Virus record (IMG/VR): IMGVR_UViG_2541047728_000018
Reading direction: 5' to 3' (one strand)
DNA from: a virus
Taxonomy: Duplodnaviria; Heunggongvirae; Uroviricota; Caudoviricetes
DNA: 11,200 nt
Below, one piece after another: positions 6,963 through 11,200 of the stretch. Every line of letters begins with the position of its first letter. Position 1 is the first letter of the stretch. Under the pieces are notes generated by a model. It saw only the letters and a list, made by a program, of their open reading frames with translations. It searched no databases and had not been told where the DNA came from. The translations under genes were made by a program, and so were the position numbers.

Positions 6963-7169
6963 ATGGCTGAAGAGAAAAAAGGCGGTGTTTCGGTGTACAT
7001 AAGCCCCGAAATCGTGGAGGTGCTCAAGCAGCGCCACAAAAAAAACTATGAGGCTGGCGTGGCGGCTGGACTGGATCCGCTGATGACGCCGGAGCCGTCG
7101 ATAGGTTCACTTGTACGCTCTTATTTACTTGCGGCGCTTGGGATGCATAAAAATTATGGGGGTGAATAA
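6963..7169 (+). CDS. Hypothetical protein (68 aa), first gene of the head module
   Basis: ORF whose stop (TAA 7167-7169) overlaps the capsid gene ATG (7169-7171); purine-rich SD upstream. Confidence 0.45.
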   Translation: MAEEKKGGVSVYISPEIVEVLKQRHKKNYEAGVAAGLDPLMTPEPSIGSLVRSYLLAALGMHKNYGGE

Positions 7170-8224
7170 TGGCAGGCAAAGCAACGGCACTTAACACTAA
7201 CCAGCTTTTCATGTACCTGAATCGCGGGGATATTGCGGATTTTAAATTCAGCCCTCTGTTTACCACGCTGTTTTTCCCGAACGTGGCGACATTCAGCACG
7301 CAAAACATCATGCTGGATACCCTGGACATTGAAGAAGTCACCATGTCGGCGTTTTGTTCGCCTATGGTGGGTAGCCAGGTTCAGCGCGATAAAGGGTACG
7401 AAACCAGCACAATCAAACCTGGCTACATGAAGCCAAAGCACGAAATCGATCCAACGAAAACCATCATGCGCATGGCTGGAGAAGATCCGGCACAGCTTAA
7501 CGACCCTACCTATCGCCGTATGCGCCTGATTACTGGCAACATGCGCCGCCAGATAAACGCCATTAAGGCACGCGTGGAATGGCTGGCGGTGAATGCGGTA
7601 ACGACCGGAAAAAACATCATTGAGGGCGAAGGCATAGAACGCTATGAAATCGACTGGAAAATACCGGAAAACTGCATCATAGAGCAGGCCAAGGGTAAAA
7701 AATGGTCCGAGCAGGATAAAGACATGCACGACCCAATCTATGACATCGAGCTTTATGCTGATCAGGCTGGTTGCCCCGCAAACGTCATGATTATGGGCGC
7801 TGAGGTATGGCGAACGTTACGCAGCTTTAAAAAATTCCGTGAGCTGTACGATCTTTCCCGTGGTTCAGAGTCCGCCGCAGAGCTGGCCTGTAAAAACCTG
7901 GGCGAAGTGGTGAGCTTTAAAGGCTATCTGGGCGATATTGCCCTTATCGTCTATTCCGGCAAATACACTGACAGCGACGGCACAGAAAAATATTTCCTTG
8001 AGCCTGATTTGCTGGTTCTGGGCAGCACCAACAATAAAGGGCTGGTGGCCTATGGTGCGATTATGGATCAGGACGCAGTAAGAACGGGCGCAACGCAAAA
8101 CATGTTTTACCCGAAAAACTGGATTGAGGACGGCGATCCGGCGATTGAGTACGTGCAGACGCACAGCGCACCGCAGCCGGTTCCGGCAGATATTCGCAAA
8201 TTTGTTACCGTCAAAATTGGTTAA
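7169..8224 (+). CDS. Major capsid protein, lambda gpE family
   Basis: 351 aa. Collinear similarity to lambda gpE recalled from memory: KFSPLFTTLFFPN vs KFDPLFLRLFFRE; PGYMKPKHEIDP vs PGYVKPKHEVNP; DPTYRRMRLITGNMR vs DPAYRRRRIIMQNMR; YPKNWIEDGDPAIEYVQTHSAP vs YPKNWVTTGDPAREFTMIQSAP. Good SD GGGGGTGA. Confidence 0.85.
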   Translation: MAGKATALNTNQLFMYLNRGDIADFKFSPLFTTLFFPNVATFSTQNIMLDTLDIEEVTMSAFCSPMVGSQVQRDKGYETSTIKPGYMKPKHEIDPTKTIMRMAGEDPAQLNDPTYRRMRLITGNMRRQINAIKARVEWLAVNAVTTGKNIIEGEGIERYEIDWKIPENCIIEQAKGKKWSEQDKDMHDPIYDIELYADQAGCPANVMIMGAEVWRTLRSFKKFRELYDLSRGSESAAELACKNLGEVVSFKGYLGDIALIVYSGKYTDSDGTEKYFLEPDLLVLGSTNNKGLVAYGAIMDQDAVRTGATQNMFYPKNWIEDGDPAIEYVQTHSAPQPVPADIRKFVTVKIG

Positions 8225-8235
8225 CGGGGGATTCT

Positions 8236-8571
8236 ATGGACACTCCATACATTGAGTTATTTGCAGGCAGTCAGCAGGTCGCCACGACGCTGGTACATTT
8301 TGCCGCTGATGCTGGCGTTATTCAGGAATTTACCCCGCTGATGCTGGCGGACAATGGCGAGTTTAAGCCGTGGGATGGTAAGGAATCTGGCAAGGCTGTT
8401 TATCTGACCTCGTACCCTGTGGACACGTCAAAGCAGAAATCAGCACAGTGTTACAAGACGGGGATATTCAATATTGCCGCCGTTAACTGGCCTGAGAGCG
8501 TCGACACCGATGCGAAAAAATGCGCCGCCTTTGCGGGTTCTGGCGTATCCGTTCAGCCGCTGGCCCGATAA
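8236..8571 (+). CDS. Head decoration protein, lambda gpD-like
   Basis: 111 aa. TPLMLADNGEFKPWDG vs gpD TPLMLDTSSRKLVAWDG; YKTGIFNIAAVNWPESVDTDAKKCAAFAGSGVSVQ vs [43 protein letters not shown]. Confidence 0.75.
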   Translation: MDTPYIELFAGSQQVATTLVHFAADAGVIQEFTPLMLADNGEFKPWDGKESGKAVYLTSYPVDTSKQKSAQCYKTGIFNIAAVNWPESVDTDAKKCAAFAGSGVSVQPLAR

Positions 8572-8583
8572 GCAGGGGGAACG

Positions 8584-8997
8584 ATGGCAACGAATGAAAG
8601 CATCATGACGCTACCGCTGGCGAGTAAATTTAAAGCCGAAGCGCGGGCAATGGCTGACAGAGGTTTATCAACCTATGAGGCCGTATATCAACTAAACAAA
8701 CTGGAAGAGCAGGACAAGCCGCGCGCTGATGCGATTATGGCGCTTGATGAATCTGGCGACTATCAGCCGCTGTTACGTGCAATGGCAAACGTGCCTTGTA
8801 TCGATGTTGGTACGGCTAAAAGCATCCTTAGCATGACCATAGAGCAGGAACGTCCGAAGGTTGCGCCGGAACTTACTGCAGCCTTTGAAAACTTTATGGA
8901 CATGCACAGCCCGCAAGCCGTATCAGCTGGCATGGCATACGATGGCAGAAACCAGGGCGATGACGGCGACATCGATCGCATACTGAAAACCATCTGA
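8584..8997 (+). CDS. Hypothetical protein (137 aa) in the head module
   Basis: Good SD AGGGGGA, tight spacing after the decoration gene, followed by a terminator. No recognisable family. Confidence 0.5.
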   Translation: MATNESIMTLPLASKFKAEARAMADRGLSTYEAVYQLNKLEEQDKPRADAIMALDESGDYQPLLRAMANVPCIDVGTAKSILSMTIEQERPKVAPELTAAFENFMDMHSPQAVSAGMAYDGRNQGDDGDIDRILKTI

Positions 8998-9003
8998 GAC
9001 AAG

Positions 9004-9027
9004 GCCGGAGAAATCCGGCTTTTTTTT
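9004..9027 (+). terminator. Rho-independent terminator closing the head module
   Basis: Stem GCCGGA / TCCGGC with GAAA loop, followed by 8 T. Confidence 0.65.
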
Positions 9028-9029
9028 AT

Positions 9030-9138
9030 GGGTCCTTTCCGGCATATGGACCCGTTACGGGGCGGCGACCTCGCGGTTTTTCGCTATTTATGAGCTTTTT
9101 CAGGGGGGTGGTGGTGGTTTTGTTGTTTGCTCTATCTT
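9030..9138 (+). other. cos site (cosQ-like, lambda-identical cosN, non-lambda cosB) upstream of the Nu1-like gene
   Basis: GGGTCCTTTCCGG (9030-9042) matches the lambda right-end cosQ-proximal sequence; CGTTACGGGGCGGCGACCTCGCGG carries the lambda 12-nt cohesive end GGGCGGCGACCT (9060-9071). Downstream sequence diverges from lambda cosB (no CGTTTCC-type R sites). Confidence 0.7.
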
Positions 9139-9165
9139 TATGAATGAAAAGGGAAAGATGCAAAC

Positions 9166-9203
9166 AATACACCAACCTGAAGCAGTAATTAAGTTGGTGT
9201 ATT
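9166..9203. promoter_or_regulatory. Perfect 11-bp inverted repeat AATACACCAAC / GTTGGTGTATT just upstream of the Nu1-like start codon
   Basis: Arms at 9166-9176 and 9193-9203 with 16-nt spacer; the right arm ends 2 nt before the ATG at 9205. Could be a cosB-type binding site or an RBS-occluding stem-loop. Confidence 0.3.
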
Positions 9204-9204
9204 A

Positions 9205-9747
9205 ATGAAATCGCACCTGATGAACAAAAAAAACATGGCGAAAAGCTGCCGTGTAAGTGCGACAGCGTTCGACAAGTGGGGAGTGACTCCCGTTGAACGT
9301 AAAGGCCGTGAGGCGTTTTACGATGTTGCCAGCGTGATAGACAATAGGGTTAACAATGCAATTAGCCAGCTTACAAACGACAAAGGCGATATTGATGATG
9401 ATGAACTCTTACGAGTCAGGATCAGATTACTGACAGCACAGGCGGAGGCGCAGGAACTTAAAAACGAGCGCGATCGCGGTGACGTGATTGATACTGAGTT
9501 TTGCCTGTACGCGCTTTCAAAGCTGGCGAGTCAGATTTCATCAATCATGGACAGCCTCCCGCTTACTATGCAAAGGAGCTTCCCACAGATTACCCCCGCC
9601 ATGCTGGATAGGCTTAAAAGGGAAGTGGTTAAAGCCTGTAATGCCAGTGCCAGAGTTGCCGACAACCTCCCACAGATACTGGCTGATTACTTGAAAGAAA
9701 CAACCGGAAACGTACCGGAAAAGTTGCTACAGAAGAAAGGCGAGTAA
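9205..9747 (+). CDS. Terminase small subunit, lambda Nu1-like (possible packaging-redirection TerS)
   Basis: 180 aa. LLTAQAEAQELKNERDRGDVIDTEFCLYALSKLASQISSIMDSLPLTMQRSFPQI vs lambda Nu1 LTRAQADAQELKNARDSAEVVETAFCTFVLSRIAGEIASILDGLPLSVQRRFPEL; N-terminal wHTH region (NKKNMAKSC...FYDVASVI) is related but diverged. Alternative starts at 9220 or 9235; SD is weak. Confidence 0.8.
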   Translation: MKSHLMNKKNMAKSCRVSATAFDKWGVTPVERKGREAFYDVASVIDNRVNNAISQLTNDKGDIDDDELLRVRIRLLTAQAEAQELKNERDRGDVIDTEFCLYALSKLASQISSIMDSLPLTMQRSFPQITPAMLDRLKREVVKACNASARVADNLPQILADYLKETTGNVPEKLLQKKGE

Positions 9748-9775
9748 CAGACGCGCAATTATTGAACAAAACTGA

Positions 9776-9969
9776 GAAACGACATGAAAGCGTCATAAAT
9801 CGCCATTTTAGATGATTACCGTGTCGTTTCTTTTTATTGTGTATCTATTTAAAAACAAATAGTTATGTTCGAGAAGTACCGACATGCTTTTTCCAGAAAA
9901 ATTTTCATAAACAGATAAAAACCGCGAGGTCGCCGCCCCGTAACGGGTCCATAATTCCAGGAAGGACCC
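9776..9969 (-). other. Complete lambda-type cos (cosQ, cosN, cosB with R-site-like repeats) in inverted orientation
   Basis: 9917-9952 is the exact reverse complement of 9046-9081. Read on the minus strand, the flank resembles lambda cosB: TTTATGAAAATTTTTCTGG; AAAAGAAACGACACGG; CATGTCGTTTCTCAGTTTTGTTC (compare lambda TTTATGAAAATTTTCCGG; AAAGGAAACGACAGGTG; CTGTCGTTTCCTTTCTCTGTTTTTGTCC). cosQ-like GGGTCCTTCCTGG is the complement of 9957-9969. Confidence 0.65.
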
Positions 9970-10003
9970 GACGACACCAGACAATCAGAACGATGGGTGC
10001 ACA

Positions 10004-10285
10004 ATGACAGAAGCCGAAATACTGGGATTAATCCGCCGTGCTGGTGGAATCAGCCAGCAGACTGACGAACAGGCCACGCAGCCGGACAGCGTGACAGCCG
10101 AAAATTATGCGCGTGTTGTTGCTGAGGTGATGCGCCGTGATGGTATCCAGCTTAATGATGTGGATATGCGCAACATACGGATCCGCGTTCTTGAAATGCT
10201 GGCCTACAATCGCCGCGTGGCACTGTATCGGGAAACGGAGAAAATTACATACCACTGGAAGAAGCCGGAGCGGTTGCGGCGGTAA
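10004..10285 (+). CDS. Hypothetical protein (93 aa)
   Basis: ORF with weak SD, immediately outside the inverted cos; Arg-rich C-terminus. No recognisable family. Confidence 0.4.
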   Translation: MTEAEILGLIRRAGGISQQTDEQATQPDSVTAENYARVVAEVMRRDGIQLNDVDMRNIRIRVLEMLAYNRRVALYRETEKITYHWKKPERLRR

Positions 10286-10462
10286 CTGGTTGATATTTTC
10301 GAAATTCGCCAGCGGCGAACATCGGGGAAACCAGCCTAACCCGTTGATATTTTCGGGAACCTCAAATTGAGGAGGTCGGAAACATAACCCGTCATATTCT
10401 GGATGCTGATAATTACCACGCAGCCCATTAAGGCCTAACCCGTTGATTCTTTCGGAAACAGC
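10281..10462. repeat. About four imperfect tandem repeats (period about 48-54 bp) with core TAACCCGTTGATATTTTCGG and recurring CGGAAAC
   Basis: GTTGATATTTTCG at 10289-10301 and 10343-10355; TAACCC at 10337, 10385, 10436; variant cores TAACCCGTCATATTCTGG and TAACCCGTTGATTCTTTCGG. Confidence 0.5.
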
Positions 10463-10877
10463 CATTGGCGTAATCCGGCGCGGTAACTTGCTGAACTTAA
10501 AGCAAAGCGCAAAATTGCGCTGGCTGGTGGGCATGATGCCGATATGGTGATCCCCATAACGGAAATATCCACCAGCACGGCAACGGCAGAATAGCCACAA
10601 CACAGAAAAACCACGAATATGGGGTTTTTGTTATGGCATGGGCATGATGACCGCCCCTGCTCTGAATGGTGGAAATCACCACGCAGATCATCCACCAGCT
10701 TCGTTTTTATAAATTAAACATCCGGGAAAATCCGACCCTGAATTGTGCATTTTTTCAGCAAATCATTTTAGTTATACGTTTGGTTATACGGTTTAAAAGT
10801 TGAATCATATACATTATTTTAAATCATGAAGTTACACGCTCAATTAAACTACTCTCGTGGACCAAAAATCCCAAGAA

Positions 10878-10904
10878 AACCAACCTATTGCGGTTGGTTT
10901 TTTT
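10878..10904. terminator. Hairpin terminator, probably bidirectional, near the right junction
   Basis: Stem AACCAACC / GGTTGGTT with 6-nt loop, followed by TTTTTTT on the + strand and preceded by an A-rich tract (T-rich on the minus strand). Confidence 0.4.
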
Positions 10905-11102
10905 ATATCTGCATTTAATTCGATAAACAGACCGCGACACATCACGGCCTGTTTATTTTCTGTTATCAGAACGTCCAGACTACACCCGCCTGAGTTGTGC
11001 TGCTTTCTTCACAGGAGAAACGACTATCGATACCGAGCGTCAGGCCCGTCAATGTTTGCTCAAAGCCAGCTCCCGCATCAGTGTTCACGCTGTTGCGGCT
11101 GT

Positions 11103-11200
11103 TAATTGCCGAACTCCACATCGCCGCCCTTTACGCTACCAAGACGCTCACGCACGGTGTCCAGTTCTGCATCAAATACCAGCGGTTGTGCTGCCGCCAT
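11103..11200 (-). CDS. Short minus-strand ORF at the window edge (31 aa); possibly a small flanking chromosomal gene
   Basis: ATG is the complement of 11198-11200; frame is open to TAA (complement of 11103-11105): MAAAQPLVFDAELDTVRERLGSVKGGDVEFGN. The other two frames are closed. Not assignable by eye. Confidence 0.2.

Noticed and set aside
7154-7729. 191-aa minus-strand ORF antisense to the capsid gene
   Set aside because: Embedded antisense to the gpE-like CDS, which has clear homology; no independent support.
9205-9747. Complete terminase (small plus large subunit)
   Set aside because: Only a Nu1-like small subunit is present; no gpA-like large terminase ORF exists anywhere in the window.
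10281-10462. Possible CRISPR array
   Set aside because: Only about four copies, imperfect, with variable spacing and no CRISPR-like spacer structure or adjacent cas genes.
10028-10603. 191-aa minus-strand ORF
   Set aside because: It spans the tandem DNA repeats, and its repeated peptide motifs (NINGLG, RINGLG) simply mirror those DNA repeats; it overlaps the 93-aa + ORF. Judged non-coding.
10460-11100. tRNA or tmRNA fragment marking the right attachment site
   Set aside because: No T-loop-like GTTCGAATC or GTTCAAATC motif or acceptor-stem/CCA pattern was found by eye; the junction cannot be assigned from this window alone.
10857-11105. 82-aa plus-strand ORF at the right end
   Set aside because: Spans two terminator-like hairpins and an AT-rich junction, has no ribosome-binding site and overlaps the converging minus-strand ORF; likely spurious.

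Overview
Read by eye only (no BLAST/HMM run), the window looks like a compact, probably near-complete integrative phage-satellite island of about 10.9 kb, running from the integrase start codon at position 1 to an AT-rich, hairpin-rich right junction. On the + strand the order is: P4-family tyrosine integrase; a small stand-alone ORF with its own terminator; an AlpA-family regulator; a minus-strand ribbon-helix-helix gene beside a perfect palindromic operator; a chain of translationally coupled small ORFs, two sharing a C-terminal domain; a P4-alpha-like primase/helicase followed by an iteron-type origin; a small ORF coupled to an SSB homolog; then a subset of a lambda-type head module (gpE-like major capsid protein, gpD-like decoration protein, an unknown 137-aa ORF) and a Nu1-like small terminase. 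The most unusual feature is that the Nu1-like gene is bracketed by two inward-facing lambda-type cos sites that share a perfect 36-bp inverted repeat, with a third degenerate cos-like copy upstream of the capsid module. No portal, protease, scaffold or large terminase gene is present in the window, and no tRNA, rRNA or CRISPR array was seen. All homology statements rest on recall of reference sequences (lambda gpE, gpD, Nu1, cos; E. coli SSB) and need confirmation by alignment.
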